Below, piece after piece: positions 9,868 to 20,718 of a stretch of 64,000 bases of DNA. The translations under genes were made by a program, and so were the position numbers. The stretch lies in sequence record MK524178.1. One strand, 5' to 3'. Each line of letters opens with the position of its first letter. Within the stretch, counting starts at the first letter, position 1. Source of the DNA: Escherichia phage PHB12. Below the pieces are notes generated by a model. That model was not told the origin of the DNA. It was given only the letters and a program-made list of their open reading frames with translations, and ran no database searches.

Positions 9868-10785
9868 TCAGAATTCATTAATTACACTTGTTAATTTAGA
9901 AAGACCAGATTTTACAAAGTATGAATAAATCTTGCCTTTAGGTTGTGGTTGATATGAGTTATAATACTCTATAATGGTTGAAGCAATATTATCAGGGATA
10001 TAATCAAAATCAATGAGAACCAAATTTTCTTGATACCGTTTATATTCTTCTGCACTTAATAATACTTCAGCTTGAGAACGGTCATTGGCAATTGCTTCAA
10101 TAATCGTTGTTTTCATGCTTGGAGTTCGTTCGCCTTCAACTCGAGTAAACCAGAAATCACCACGAACTCGAACAGACGCAACACCGTCTTTACGGTCGCC
10201 TTTAAGAATTTTAGTCATGCAATCAATTTCGGCAGAACCATTCTTAATTTTAACCCATTTTTTCTGTGGTGGCGACCACTGTTTAACGTTAGGATATTTG
10301 TGTAATTGTGTAAAGTCACCATCTGATGCAACAATACACACCTTATGACCAGCTAATGACAAATATTTAGTTAATACACCGATATGGTCATCCGCTTCGT
10401 ACTTGTCAATATCCATTACAACGTATGGCATGTATTTCTTAATCTCATCAACAACTTGACGGAGTGCAGTAAAATATCCTTCCCAATCCCACTTTGAAGC
10501 TTCACGATCAGTTTTACGATTTTTCTTGTAATAGTAAGCAAAGTCACGACGCCAATAACCTGAAGTAGCATTATCCATACACAATACAAATTTTGTATAG
10601 CCTTGCTTACGGAACATCACTACGTTTTTACGAATTGAATTCAAGATTACATGGCGAACCATCGGAACGGTAATTTTATCACCATCTTCAAAGTTGTTTA
10701 ATGCAGCTGCCAATGCAATGTTACTAAAGTCAGCAAGCGCAATACCTTCTTTGTAATCTTCATCCAACATCATTTCTAAATCCAT
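9868..10785 (-). CDS. rnh: RNase H / 5'-3' flap exonuclease
   Basis: 305 aa; MDLEMMLDEDYKEGIALADFSNIALAAALNNF...; FEN-family acidic motifs; T4 synteny next to gene 34. Confidence 0.95.
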   Translation of the reverse strand: MDLEMMLDEDYKEGIALADFSNIALAAALNNFEDGDKITVPMVRHVILNSIRKNVVMFRKQGYTKFVLCMDNATSGYWRRDFAYYYKKNRKTDREASKWDWEGYFTALRQVVDEIKKYMPYVVMDIDKYEADDHIGVLTKYLSLAGHKVCIVASDGDFTQLHKYPNVKQWSPPQKKWVKIKNGSAEIDCMTKILKGDRKDGVASVRVRGDFWFTRVEGERTPSMKTTIIEAIANDRSQAEVLLSAEEYKRYQENLVLIDFDYIPDNIASTIIEYYNSYQPQPKGKIYSYFVKSGLSKLTSVINEF

Positions 10786-10863
10786 ATGAACCTCTTGTTC
10801 AGTTAGTCAACTTAGACCATAGTAACATACTAGTTCGAAAGCGTAAATAGTCTTTTACTCATT

Positions 10864-10871
10864 TATAAATA
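10864..10871 (+). promoter_or_regulatory. T4-type late promoter (TATAAATA) for gene 34
   Basis: Exact TATAAATA about 35 nt upstream of gene 34 ATG in the rnh/34 divergent intergenic region. Confidence 0.7.
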
Positions 10872-10905
10872 GTAAAATAGAACACATAATGATAAGAGGA
10901 CTACC

Positions 10906-13900
10906 ATGGTTGACATCAAACGTAAGTTCAGGGCCGAAGATGGTCTTGACGCAGGCGGTGATAAGATAGTTAACGTTGCGCTTGCTGACCGCACAGTTGG
11001 CACCGATGGCGTGAACGTTGACTTTTTGGTGCAAGAAAACACCGTACAGAATTATGACGAGACGCGCGCGTATACAAAAGATTTTATTGTTCTTTATGAT
11101 AATCGTTTTTATCAAGCTTTAAGCGATATTCCAGCTCCGGCAGGCCCTTTCTCTTTGGCTAAATGGAAGGCAACTCGTACAGATGCAGAATGGATTACAG
11201 TTCAAGGCGGAGATTTCCAATTATCAGTAGGTAACTCTATTGCGGTTGATACTTCAGCTGGCACTGATATTAATTTCACTTTGCCTCAAAATCCTTTAGA
11301 TGGCGATACAGTTATTTTGTCTGATATTGGCGGTAGAGTAGGCTATGTAAAAGTTCAAATTACTGCAGCGGCTCAAAGTATTGTAAACTTTAGAGGACAA
11401 CAGGTTCGTTCAGTTTTAATGACGCACCCAAAATCTAAAATGGTCTTCATTTTTAGCAACCGCCTATGGCAAATGTATGTTTCTGATTACGAACGTAATG
11501 CAGTCACAGTAACTCCTGCTGCGCCATATCAAGCGCAACCTAATGATTTTATCATTCGACGTTTTACATCAGCCGCTCCTATTAATATTACATTGCCTCG
11601 TAATGCTAATAATGGCGATATTATTAATTTAGTGGATTTGGACAAATTAAACCCATTATATCACACAATTGTCAAAACTTACGATGATACAACTTCTATA
11701 CGAGAAGCTGGTGTTCATGTAGCAGAAGGACGTAATACTGCGGAAGCATTCTTTGTTTATGATTCTGCCAATAGTTTATGGCGTGTTTGGGAAGGTGACC
11801 AGAAATCTCGTTTACGTATAGTTCGTAATGATACTGATTTACGCCCTAATGAAGAAGTTCTTGTTTTTGGAACTAATAATGATACAATCTCGACGGTAAA
11901 TCTTACTTTGCCTACAGATATTTTGTCTGGCGATACTGTTAAAATATCGTTGAATTATATGCGTAAAGGGCAAACTGTAAAAATTAAAGCTGCTGAAGGC
12001 GATACAATTGCTAGCAGTATTTCTTTATTACAGTTCCCAAAACGTTCGGAGTATCCACCTGATGCACAATGGGTTTCTGTTAGTGAGCTAGAATTTAATG
12101 GTGATACTTCGTATGTACCTGTACTTGAGTTAGCTTATATAGAAGATTATTCATCTGAAACAAAATATTGGGTAGTTCAACAAAACACCGTAACCGTCGA
12201 ACGAGTCGATGCATCGAGCAATACCACTCGAGCTCGTTTAGGTGTTATTGCTCTTGCTTCTCAAGCGCAAGCAAATGTCGATTTAGAAAATGCTCCTGGT
12301 AAAGAACTGGCTATTACTCCGGAAACATTAGCAAATCGTACAGCAACTGAAACTCGTCGTGGTATTGCTCGTATTGCAACAACTGCACAAGTTAACCAGA
12401 ATACCGATTTTGCATTCCAAGACGACTTGATTATTTCTCCTAAGAAATTGAACGAACGTACAGCAACTGAAACCCGTAGAGGTGTTGCTGAAGTTGCAAC
12501 TCAGGCTGAAACTAATGCTGGAACAGATGACACCACTATTATTACTCCTAAGAAATTGGATGGCCGTCAAGGTTCTGAAGTTTTATCTGGTATTGTAAAA
12601 TACACATCTACGACTGGTACTACAGCGGCTACTGTTCGTGGTAATGCTGGGACTAACGTTTATAACAAAGCCGTAGATAATTTAACTATTTCTCCAAAGG
12701 CTCTTGACCAGTATAAAGCTACCCCTACTCAGCAGGGTGCAGTAATTCTTGCTATTGAAAGTGAAGTTATCGCTGGCGAATCACAAGCTGGTTGGGCTAA
12801 TGCTGTAGTGACCCCTGAAACTCTGCATAAGAAAACTTCTACTGATGGACGTATTGGTTTAATTGAAATTGCTACGCAAGCAGAAACTAACACTGGAACT
12901 GATTATACTAGAGCAGTAACGCCTAAGACGTTAAATGATAGGAAAGCTACGGAAGGATTATCTGGCATAGCCGAAATTGCTACGCAAGTTGAATTTGATA
13001 CTGGAACTGATGATACTCGTATCTCGACTCCACTGAAAATTAAAACTCATTTTGATTCTTCTGACCGTACCAGTGTTAATTCTGATTCCGGACTTATTGA
13101 AGAAGGAACCTTGTGGAACCATTATACTCTTGATATTTCTAAAGCAAATGAAACACAACGTGGTACACTTCGCGTAGCTACTCAGGCAGAATCTAATGCC
13201 GGAACTTTAGATGATGTTCTTATTACTCCTAAAAAACTTTTAGGGACTAAGTCCACTGAAACGTCTGAAGGCGTGATTAAGGTTGCTACTCAGGCTGAAA
13301 CTGTAACAGGAACTTCTGCTAATACTGCTGTATCACCTAAGAATTTAAAATGGATTGTCCAGAATGAACCAACATGGGCTGCTACTACGGCAATTCGTGG
13401 ATTCGTTAAAACTTCATCTGGTTCTATTACATTCGTTGGTGACGATACTCAAGGTAGTACCCAGGACCTGAATCTTTACGAGAAAAATAGTTATGCTATT
13501 TCTCCATATGAATTAAACCGTGTACTTGCTAACTATTTGCCATTGAAAGCTAAAGCCGTAGATAGTAATCTGTTAGATGGTCTAGATTCTCTTCAGTTCA
13601 TCCGTAGAGACATCGACCAGACGGTTAATGGTTCTTTAAGTCTTACTAAACAGACCAACCTGAGTGCTCCTTTAGTATCTACAAGCACTGCTTCTTTTGG
13701 TTCCGAAGCATCTGTTACTCGTAGATTAACTCTTAATGACTCTAGTGGTTCCGAAATAGTTTTCACTAAAGGAACTCAATCTCTTAGTAATAAAGAGAAT
13801 TTCGTTGTTAGAGCATGGGGTAATAGCGCTACAGATGGTGCCCGTGATACAGTATTTGAAGCGGGTGACGAAACCGGATACCATTTCTATTCTCAGCGCG

Positions 13901-14739
13901 CTTCTGATAATAAAGTATCATTTAATATTAATGGAACACTTTATTCAACAGGCATTGTTTCTACAAATGGATTAAACGTTACAGGTTTTTCTACCTTTAC
14001 CGGGCCTATTAGTGCTACAGGCGAAATTGTTTCTAGTTCTCCTATTGCATTCAGAGCTATTAACGGTAACTATGGTGTTATGCTTTATAACGCTGGTAAC
14101 AGTTCTTATATTGCATTAACTAACTCAGGTGACCAGACCGGGACGTTTAATAACTTACGCCCGATCACGATTAACAACGCCACAGGCTTAGTTCGTCTTG
14201 ACAATGGTGTTCAAATCACAAGTGGTGCAACAATAACTACCGGTGGGTTAACTGTAAATAACAGGATTATTTCTAACGGCGTTAAAACTGCCACGGTTTA
14301 TACCGATAAACCAACAGCTTCTACTGTAGGTTTTTGGTCTATTGACATTAACGATTCTGCCGTATATAGCCAATTCCCTGGATACTGGACGCGTGATAAC
14401 AAAGGTAACCGTGACCAAGAAATTAAATATCCTGGTACTTTGACTCAATTCGGTAATAGCTTAGATTCGCTTTATCAGGATTGGATTTGTTATCCTACAG
14501 GTGCAAATGGCGGTAGTATTCGTTATACTCGTACCTGGCAGAAAAATAAAGATGCTTGGACTTCATTTGCAATGGTATTTGATAGTGGCAACCCACCTTC
14601 ACCTAGCGATGTCGGTGCTATCCCGTCTGATAATGCTGTTATTGGAAACCTTACTATTCGAGACTTCTTACAATTAGGAAATGTGAGAATTGTTCCGGAC
14701 CCGGTTAACAAAACAGTTAAATTTATATGGGTTGAATAA
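10906..14739 (+). CDS. 34: Long tail fibre proximal subunit gp34
   Basis: 1277 aa; internal repeated motifs (TATETRRGIARIATTAQV, IATQAETNTG...) typical of phage fibre repeats; position and size as T4 gp34. Confidence 0.95.
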   Translation: MVDIKRKFRAEDGLDAGGDKIVNVALADRTVGTDGVNVDFLVQENTVQNYDETRAYTKDFIVLYDNRFYQALSDIPAPAGPFSLAKWKATRTDAEWITVQGGDFQLSVGNSIAVDTSAGTDINFTLPQNPLDGDTVILSDIGGRVGYVKVQITAAAQSIVNFRGQQVRSVLMTHPKSKMVFIFSNRLWQMYVSDYERNAVTVTPAAPYQAQPNDFIIRRFTSAAPINITLPRNANNGDIINLVDLDKLNPLYHTIVKTYDDTTSIREAGVHVAEGRNTAEAFFVYDSANSLWRVWEGDQKSRLRIVRNDTDLRPNEEVLVFGTNNDTISTVNLTLPTDILSGDTVKISLNYMRKGQTVKIKAAEGDTIASSISLLQFPKRSEYPPDAQWVSVSELEFNGDTSYVPVLELAYIEDYSSETKYWVVQQNTVTVERVDASSNTTRARLGVIALASQAQANVDLENAPGKELAITPETLANRTATETRRGIARIATTAQVNQNTDFAFQDDLIISPKKLNERTATETRRGVAEVATQAETNAGTDDTTIITPKKLDGRQGSEVLSGIVKYTSTTGTTAATVRGNAGTNVYNKAVDNLTISPKALDQYKATPTQQGAVILAIESEVIAGESQAGWANAVVTPETLHKKTSTDGRIGLIEIATQAETNTGTDYTRAVTPKTLNDRKATEGLSGIAEIATQVEFDTGTDDTRISTPLKIKTHFDSSDRTSVNSDSGLIEEGTLWNHYTLDISKANETQRGTLRVATQAESNAGTLDDVLITPKKLLGTKSTETSEGVIKVATQAETVTGTSANTAVSPKNLKWIVQNEPTWAATTAIRGFVKTSSGSITFVGDDTQGSTQDLNLYEKNSYAISPYELNRVLANYLPLKAKAVDSNLLDGLDSLQFIRRDIDQTVNGSLSLTKQTNLSAPLVSTSTASFGSEASVTRRLTLNDSSGSEIVFTKGTQSLSNKENFVVRAWGNSATDGARDTVFEAGDETGYHFYSQRASDNKVSFNINGTLYSTGIVSTNGLNVTGFSTFTGPISATGEIVSSSPIAFRAINGNYGVMLYNAGNSSYIALTNSGDQTGTFNNLRPITINNATGLVRLDNGVQITSGATITTGGLTVNNRIISNGVKTATVYTDKPTASTVGFWSIDINDSAVYSQFPGYWTRDNKGNRDQEIKYPGTLTQFGNSLDSLYQDWICYPTGANGGSIRYTRTWQKNKDAWTSFAMVFDSGNPPSPSDVGAIPSDNAVIGNLTIRDFLQLGNVRIVPDPVNKTVKFIWVE

Positions 14740-14747
14740 GAGGTTAT

Positions 14748-15872
14748 ATGGAAAAATTTATGGCAAGGTTTGGACAGGGATACGTCCAAACGCCGTTTTT
14801 ATCGGAAAGCAATTCAGTTAGATTTAAGCTAAGTATAGCGGGTTCATGCCCGCTTTCAACAACTAATCCGTATATTTTGTTCCAAAACGAGCCTTTAGGG
14901 TTGCAGTCTTTTGGTATTGGGCTAAATGTTAGGGTGATAAATCCGGAAAATGGAACTATAGTTGATAGTAAATTATACAATTTTGCGCCTACAAATAATG
15001 CGACTTCAGCTGCATTTATTTCGTTTGTTAATACATACGCGGATAATTTCATTTTCGCATTTATTTCTAATAACAAATTTAATTTGCCGCCAGAAATAAT
15101 TGAATGGTTTAAAGCTGCTGGGAGTTCAGTTATACCGTCAATTGAAGTTGCTAGTCTTGTTGATATTTCATATTCAGCGTTTTATGTTTCAGGTAAAAAT
15201 ACTATTGCATTAGAACACATAAAATACAGTAATAAGAAAACAATTTCTGATTACGCAACTCCATTAGATATTGTATATGACTCTATTGCTGATATAGGTG
15301 CTACCGGCTATCCTAGACGTACATATGAAGCTCTAGAAACGTTTTTATCTCCTGTTGGAAGAACTAACAATGAAATAAAAAGGATGCCTACATCATCCCT
15401 TGTTACTCCTATCGCAAACTATGGATTAAAGCCTACTGATTTTCTTTATTTGAAATTTCAATTAATGGCTGATGAAGAATTATTAGAGGAAGGAACCACA
15501 AGACTTTCAATTCGTTTCTTTAAGTCTCCATCTAGCTCTCCTATATCATCTAAAGATATAAACTTTGATGGAACTGCCGGGGAGTGGAAGCTATATGAAG
15601 AATACGTTGAAATACCAGCTGAAGCTGATGGCTTTACAGTATATTGTTACCGTACGGCCCCAGTCGGTCAAGGTGGACTAAGAAATGTTATTTTCACTGA
15701 AGTATCATGTAACGGAAGTATAGCAAAACCCGCCGAGTTTGGTATAAACGGTATTCGTGTTAATTACATTGATGAATCATTAACAGGTAATGATATAATG
15801 GACTTGCCTACTCAGTTATCTAACGACACAGGTAAGGTATTTGGGCAGGAATTTAAAGAGTACACAGAATAA
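14748..15872 (+). CDS. 35: Long tail fibre hinge connector gp35
   Basis: 374 aa ORF immediately after gene 34; T4 synteny and size. Confidence 0.9.
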   Translation: MEKFMARFGQGYVQTPFLSESNSVRFKLSIAGSCPLSTTNPYILFQNEPLGLQSFGIGLNVRVINPENGTIVDSKLYNFAPTNNATSAAFISFVNTYADNFIFAFISNNKFNLPPEIIEWFKAAGSSVIPSIEVASLVDISYSAFYVSGKNTIALEHIKYSNKKTISDYATPLDIVYDSIADIGATGYPRRTYEALETFLSPVGRTNNEIKRMPTSSLVTPIANYGLKPTDFLYLKFQLMADEELLEEGTTRLSIRFFKSPSSSPISSKDINFDGTAGEWKLYEEYVEIPAEADGFTVYCYRTAPVGQGGLRNVIFTEVSCNGSIAKPAEFGINGIRVNYIDESLTGNDIMDLPTQLSNDTGKVFGQEFKEYTE

Positions 15873-15890
15873 AGGAGACTTCGGTCTCCT
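15873..15890 (+). terminator. UUCG-tetraloop hairpin after gene 35 (AGGAGAC-UUCG-GUCUCCU) followed by UUUUCG
   Basis: Perfect 7-bp stem with UUCG loop directly after gene 35 stop, followed by T-run. Confidence 0.55.
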
Positions 15891-15897
15891 TTTCGCG

Positions 15898-15905
15898 TAT
15901 AAATA
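15898..15905 (+). promoter_or_regulatory. T4-type late promoter (TATAAATA) for gene 36
   Basis: Exact TATAAATA 27 nt upstream of gene 36 ATG. Confidence 0.7.
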
Positions 15906-15931
15906 CTTTAATATTAATAAGGAGACACGAA

Positions 15932-16588
15932 ATGGCCGATTTAAAAGCCGGAAGTACAGTTGGTGGTTCCGTCATATGGCATCAAGGCAATTTTCCTTTA
16001 ATGCCAGCTGGCGATGACATCCTATATAAAACATTTAAATTATACACCGAATATAACAAGCCAAAAGCGGCTGATAACGATTTCGTATCTAAAGCAAATG
16101 GTGGGACATATCTCAAAAAGGTAATCTTTAACGAAGGTGTTGCAGTCAAAACAGCAGATGACCAAACGAATGGTATTTTTTCTGGTGGTGGTGACGCCGC
16201 GACATTCGACCAAACAAACATGGATATTGTTTCGTGGTATGGTATTGGGTTTAAATCATCTCAAGGTACAGGTGAAAGAACTGTTGTAATTGATACTCGC
16301 ACCGGTAATATAAGTTCTAAAGGCGTTATTGAAGCATCTCAATTCAGAGCCACAACGTTAGCACCTTTAAATAATTACGACCTTACTCGCAAAGATTATG
16401 TTGATAGTCAAATAAATACAGTTAATGCTAATGCAAACAGTCGTGTACTCCGTTCAGGAGATACGATGACCGGTGCGCTAACCGCCCCAAACTTTTTCTC
16501 ACAGAATCCTGCATCTCAACCCTCGCATGTTCCACGATTTGACCAAATTGTTATTAAGGATTCTGTTCAAGATTTCGGCTATTATTAA
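15932..16588 (+). CDS. 36: Long tail fibre distal connector gp36
   Basis: 218 aa; MADLKAGSTVGGSVIWHQGNFPLMPAGDD; synteny 35-36-37. Confidence 0.9.
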   Translation: MADLKAGSTVGGSVIWHQGNFPLMPAGDDILYKTFKLYTEYNKPKAADNDFVSKANGGTYLKKVIFNEGVAVKTADDQTNGIFSGGGDAATFDQTNMDIVSWYGIGFKSSQGTGERTVVIDTRTGNISSKGVIEASQFRATTLAPLNNYDLTRKDYVDSQINTVNANANSRVLRSGDTMTGALTAPNFFSQNPASQPSHVPRFDQIVIKDSVQDFGYY

Positions 16589-16596
16589 GAGGACTT

Positions 16597-19500
16597 ATGG
16601 CTACTTTAAAACAAATACAATTTAAAAGAAGCAAAACTGCAGGAGCACGTCCTGCCGCTTCAGTATTAGCCGAAGGTGAATTGGCTATAAATTTAAAAGA
16701 CCGCGTACTTTTTACTAAAGATGACCAAGGAAATATCATTGATCTGGGTTTTGCTAAAGGCGGTAGCATTGACGGGAATGTTATTCATATAGGAAATTAT
16801 AATCAAACTGGTGATTATACTTTAAATGGCACTTTCACTCAGACAGGTAATTTTAATTTAACTGGTATTGCTCGAGTAACTCGTGATATTATTGCCGCCG
16901 GGCAGATTATGACTGAAGGCGGTGAACTTATTACAAAAAGTTCAGGTACAGCACATGTTCGTTTTTTCGATGGCAATAGCCGCGAACGTGGCATTATCTT
17001 TTCGCCAAATAATGCTGGAGCGACCACTCAGGTAGTTAATATTCGCGTACAAGATTATGCCGCTGATAGCGAAAGCATTTATGCGTTTTCAGGCAACGGT
17101 GTATTTTCTTCACCTGAAGTATCGGCACGGAAATCTATTTCGTCTCCACAAATTCTGACCGATAAAGTTATTACAGATGGGAAGAAGACGGGCGATTATG
17201 ATATATCTTCATTATCAAATAACACTCCATTGGCAGAAAGCGAAACGGCTATTAACCACCTCCGTGTTATGCGAAATGCTGTAGGAGCAGGTATTTTCCA
17301 CGAAGTTAATGTTAATGACGGAATAACCTGGTATTCCGGAGATGGACTTGACACTTATCTTTGGTCGTTTAACTGGGCCGGTGGATTGAAAGCCGGTCAT
17401 TCTATTTCTGTAGGTCTTCCAGGCGGCCCTAAAGGATATTCTGAGTTAGGAACGGCCTCAATTGCTCTTGGTGATAATGATACCGGATTAAAATGGTATC
17501 AAGATGGTTATTTCTATGTAGTAAACAATGGTACGAGAACTTTCCTTTATAGTCCTGAATCAACCGTAAGCCTTAGAAAAATGGTTATGGGTTATTCTGT
17601 AAATGGCAATGATTTGACTACTCCTCCGACTGAAAACTATGCTTTGGCTACTGTTGTTACTTACCATGATAATAATGCGTATGGTGACGGTCAGACTCTT
17701 TTAGGATATTACCAAGGCGGTAATTATCATCACTATTTCCGTGGTAAAGGTACTACAAATATTAATACTCACGGCGGTTTATTAGTCACTCCTGGTAATA
17801 TTGACGTTATTGGTGGTTCTGTTAATATTGATGGTCGTAATAATGCTTCTACGCTGATGTTTAGAGGTAACACAACTGGTAGCAGTTCAGTTGATAATAT
17901 GACTATCAACGTTTGGGGTAACACCTTTAGTACAGTAGATGGTTTTCGTAAAAACGTGATGGAAATATCTGATGCTATTGGTTGGATGCATTATATTCAG
18001 CGCAATAAAGATAATACCATTGAGGCTGTATTAAATGGACAACAAACTATTAACGAAAATCTTGTTGTTAAAAAAGATATTTTGGTTGATAGAGCGGTCC
18101 ATACCGCAGGCGAAATTACTACAAGTGCTGTTAACGGGCTCCGCATCTGGAACAACGATTATGGCGCCATTTTTAGACGTTCGGAAGGAAGTCTTCATAT
18201 TATTCCTACTGCATTCGGTGAAGGCATGTCCGGTGATATTGGCCCACTTCGCCCGTTTAGTTTGGCTTTAGATACTGGTAAAGTTACTATTCCAGATTTA
18301 CAATCAAGTTACAATACGTTTGCTGCTAACGGTTATATTAAATTTGTTGGTCATGGAGCGGGTGCCGGTGGATATGATATTCAATATGCCCAAGCGGCTC
18401 CTATTTTCCAGGAAATTGATGATGATGCTATAAGCAAATATTATCCTATTGTTAAACAGAAGTTTTTAAACGGTAAATCCGTTTGGTCTTTAGGTACTGA
18501 AATTAATTCGGGTACATTTGTTTTACACCATATCAAAGAAGATGGATCACAAGGACATACATCTCGTTTTAATCAAGACGGTACTGTTAACTTCCCGGAT
18601 AACGTTCTGGTCGGCGGTGGCGAAGCTGCTATTGCTCGTAATGGTAATATTTTCTCGGATATCTGGAAAACGTTTACTTCAGCAGGAGACATTACAAATA
18701 TTCGCGATGCAATAGCTACTCGTGTTGCTAAAGAAGGCGATACGATGACCGGCACTCTTTGGATTAATAAAGATGCTGCTGGAATAGTTCTTAATCCTCC
18801 TTTGTCTAGTGATTCATCATTTATTCGTTCTGATACGGCCGGGGCCAATAATTGGTATATTGGTAAAGGCGGTGCCGACAATGGTCTAGGTTTTTACAGT
18901 TACATTACACAAGGCGGTGTATACATAACAAATACCGGTGAAATATCGCTTTCTCCTCAAGGACAAGGAACATTTAATTTTAATAGAGACCGCCTTTATA
19001 TAAATGCTAGTCAATGGGTTGCACATAAATCTGGCGCTTGGGGCGACCAATGGGGCTTAGAAGCTCCTATATTTGTGGATTTTGGTGGTGTCGGTAATGA
19101 TAGTTATTATCCGATTATCAAAGGAAAATCTGGTATTACCAATGAAGGATATATATCGGGTGTAGATTTCGGTATGCGTCGTATTACTAATACATGGGCC
19201 CAAGCTATTATCCGTGTTGGTAACCAGGAAAGCGAGTCGAACCCGCAAGCTATCTATGAATTCCACTCTAATGGCACTTTTTATGCTCCGAGCTTACTTA
19301 AGAGTAACAGAGTATCGGCTGGTGGTGGTGACCCAGCATGGGGCAGTCCTTGTATTGTATTAGGTGACAATGATACCGGATTTCTTTGGGAAGCAGATGG
19401 TATTTTCAACGCATATGCAAACGGCCAAGGCGTATTCAGTTTTAGAGCTGGTCTCGCACAAACGTTCGGTAACGTTAACTTCCACTGTAACGCCGGTATG

Positions 19501-19863
19501 TATGTTCGTGATAACATTGATGTTAACGATGTTTATATCCGTTCTGATATTCGTTGTAAGTCAGAAATTAAGCTTATTAAGAACGCTCAAGAGAAATCTA
19601 AACTCTTAGGCGGCTATACTTATCTGCTTAAAAACCCTGTTACAGACGAAGTTAAACCGTCTGCAGGTTTAATTGCTCAGGAAGTTCAAGAAATATTGCC
19701 TGAACTTGTTTCTGAAGATAAAGAGACCGGCTTACTTCGTTTAAACTATAACGGTATTATCGGTTTAAATACTGCTACTATCAACGAGCATACTGACGAA
19801 ATCAAGGAATTGAAATCTGAAATTGCTGAATTGAAAGCATTAATTAAATCATTGATAAAATAA
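16597..19863 (+). CDS. 37: Long tail fibre distal subunit gp37 with C-terminal intramolecular chaperone domain
   Basis: 1088 aa; C-terminus (LGGYTYLLKNP...GLIAQEVQEILPELVS...LNYNGIIGLNTATINEH) resembles the self-cleaving chaperone of T2-type fibres; followed by gp38 adhesin. Confidence 0.95.
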   Translation: MATLKQIQFKRSKTAGARPAASVLAEGELAINLKDRVLFTKDDQGNIIDLGFAKGGSIDGNVIHIGNYNQTGDYTLNGTFTQTGNFNLTGIARVTRDIIAAGQIMTEGGELITKSSGTAHVRFFDGNSRERGIIFSPNNAGATTQVVNIRVQDYAADSESIYAFSGNGVFSSPEVSARKSISSPQILTDKVITDGKKTGDYDISSLSNNTPLAESETAINHLRVMRNAVGAGIFHEVNVNDGITWYSGDGLDTYLWSFNWAGGLKAGHSISVGLPGGPKGYSELGTASIALGDNDTGLKWYQDGYFYVVNNGTRTFLYSPESTVSLRKMVMGYSVNGNDLTTPPTENYALATVVTYHDNNAYGDGQTLLGYYQGGNYHHYFRGKGTTNINTHGGLLVTPGNIDVIGGSVNIDGRNNASTLMFRGNTTGSSSVDNMTINVWGNTFSTVDGFRKNVMEISDAIGWMHYIQRNKDNTIEAVLNGQQTINENLVVKKDILVDRAVHTAGEITTSAVNGLRIWNNDYGAIFRRSEGSLHIIPTAFGEGMSGDIGPLRPFSLALDTGKVTIPDLQSSYNTFAANGYIKFVGHGAGAGGYDIQYAQAAPIFQEIDDDAISKYYPIVKQKFLNGKSVWSLGTEINSGTFVLHHIKEDGSQGHTSRFNQDGTVNFPDNVLVGGGEAAIARNGNIFSDIWKTFTSAGDITNIRDAIATRVAKEGDTMTGTLWINKDAAGIVLNPPLSSDSSFIRSDTAGANNWYIGKGGADNGLGFYSYITQGGVYITNTGEISLSPQGQGTFNFNRDRLYINASQWVAHKSGAWGDQWGLEAPIFVDFGGVGNDSYYPIIKGKSGITNEGYISGVDFGMRRITNTWAQAIIRVGNQESESNPQAIYEFHSNGTFYAPSLLKSNRVSAGGGDPAWGSPCIVLGDNDTGFLWEADGIFNAYANGQGVFSFRAGLAQTFGNVNFHCNAGMYVRDNIDVNDVYIRSDIRCKSEIKLIKNAQEKSKLLGGYTYLLKNPVTDEVKPSAGLIAQEVQEILPELVSEDKETGLLRLNYNGIIGLNTATINEHTDEIKELKSEIAELKALIKSLIK

Positions 19864-19868
19864 TAAAA

Positions 19869-19882
19869 GGGCCTTCGGGCCC
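19869..19882 (+). other. GGGCC-UUCG-GGCCC hairpin between genes 37 and 38
   Basis: Perfect 5-bp GC stem with UUCG loop; no T-run, so more likely an RNA stability or processing element than a terminator. Confidence 0.45.
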
Positions 19883-19893
19883 TGGAGGTTTAT

Positions 19894-20673
19894 ATGGCAG
19901 TAGTAGGAATCCCTGGTTGGATTGGGACCTCAGCCGTTGCTGAAACGGGTCAAAGATGGATGACGGCTGCTTCAAGGGAACTTCGTTTAGGAAACCCTTC
20001 ATGGATGTCCCAATTCGCGGGCCGTTCAAGAGAAATAATTCATACACTTGGTGCAGACCATAACTTTAACGGACAATGGTTCCGTGACCGTTGCTTTGAA
20101 GCTGGCGGCGCTCCTATAGTGTTTAATATCACCGGAAATTTGGTATCATATAGTAAAGATGTTCCATTATTCTTTATGTATGGCGATACACCAAATGAAT
20201 ATGTTACTTTGAATATTCATGGTGGAGTTCATATGTGGGGACGAGGTGGTAACGGTACTGTAAACGGAAACCCAGGCACAAATGGCGGCGATGTAATCCA
20301 AAATGATATCGGCGGAAGACTTCGTATTTGGAACTATGGCGTTATTGCATCAGGCGGTGGCGGTGGTGGTGCAGTGTCATTACAGAATAGCTGGGCGCCA
20401 AATGCTACAGCAGGTGGCGGTGGTGGTAGACCATTTGGCATCGGCGGAGGTGGCGTTAATTGGCCAGGTGGTAATGCTAGTTATGACGCCCCGGGCGGTG
20501 CCGGTTACACTTCCCAATTCGGCGGAGGCAATGGCGGTGATGCTGGCGCTTGGGGCGGAGATGGATGGGGTAATCACTTATCTAGATCTGGCGGTGGTGC
20601 TCCTGGCAGAGCAGTATTCGGAAGTTCACCGTCATGGGGTGCTACAGGCACAATCTACGGCTCCTGGATTTAA
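19894..20673 (+). CDS. 38: Receptor-recognising tail fibre adhesin gp38 (T2-type, Gly-rich loops)
   Basis: 259 aa; multiple poly-Gly segments ([31 protein letters not shown]) encoded by GGN repeats; position after gene 37. Confidence 0.9.
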   Translation: MAVVGIPGWIGTSAVAETGQRWMTAASRELRLGNPSWMSQFAGRSREIIHTLGADHNFNGQWFRDRCFEAGGAPIVFNITGNLVSYSKDVPLFFMYGDTPNEYVTLNIHGGVHMWGRGGNGTVNGNPGTNGGDVIQNDIGGRLRIWNYGVIASGGGGGGAVSLQNSWAPNATAGGGGGRPFGIGGGGVNWPGGNASYDAPGGAGYTSQFGGGNGGDAGAWGGDGWGNHLSRSGGGAPGRAVFGSSPSWGATGTIYGSWI

Positions 20674-20691
20674 ACGATAATACCTCTCAAT

Positions 20692-20699
20692 TATAAATA
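20692..20699 (+). promoter_or_regulatory. T4-type late promoter (TATAAATA) for holin gene t
   Basis: Exact TATAAATA about 20 nt upstream of t start, followed by SD GGGAGGT. Confidence 0.7.
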
Positions 20700-20718
20700 T
20701 TGATAAATGGGAGGTAAT

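Noticed and set aside
12328-12570. 80-aa Cys/Ser-rich minus-strand ORF
   Set aside because: Antisense within gene 34 repeat region; low-complexity translation typical of a spurious frame.
14744-15076. 110-aa minus-strand ORF overlapping gene 35 start
   Set aside because: Antisense to gene 35 in the plus-strand late operon; no promoter or SD; gene 35 reading frame is the conserved one.
20280-20640. GGCGGTGGTGGT-type simple repeats as a possible CRISPR-like or tandem-repeat array
   Set aside because: They are in-frame Gly codons within gp38; no spacer-repeat periodicity.
20303-20680. 125-aa plus-strand ORF in an alternate frame of gene 38
   Set aside because: Artefact of the GC-rich GGN repeat region encoding poly-Gly in the gp38 frame; alternate frame is open only because the repeats lack stop codons.
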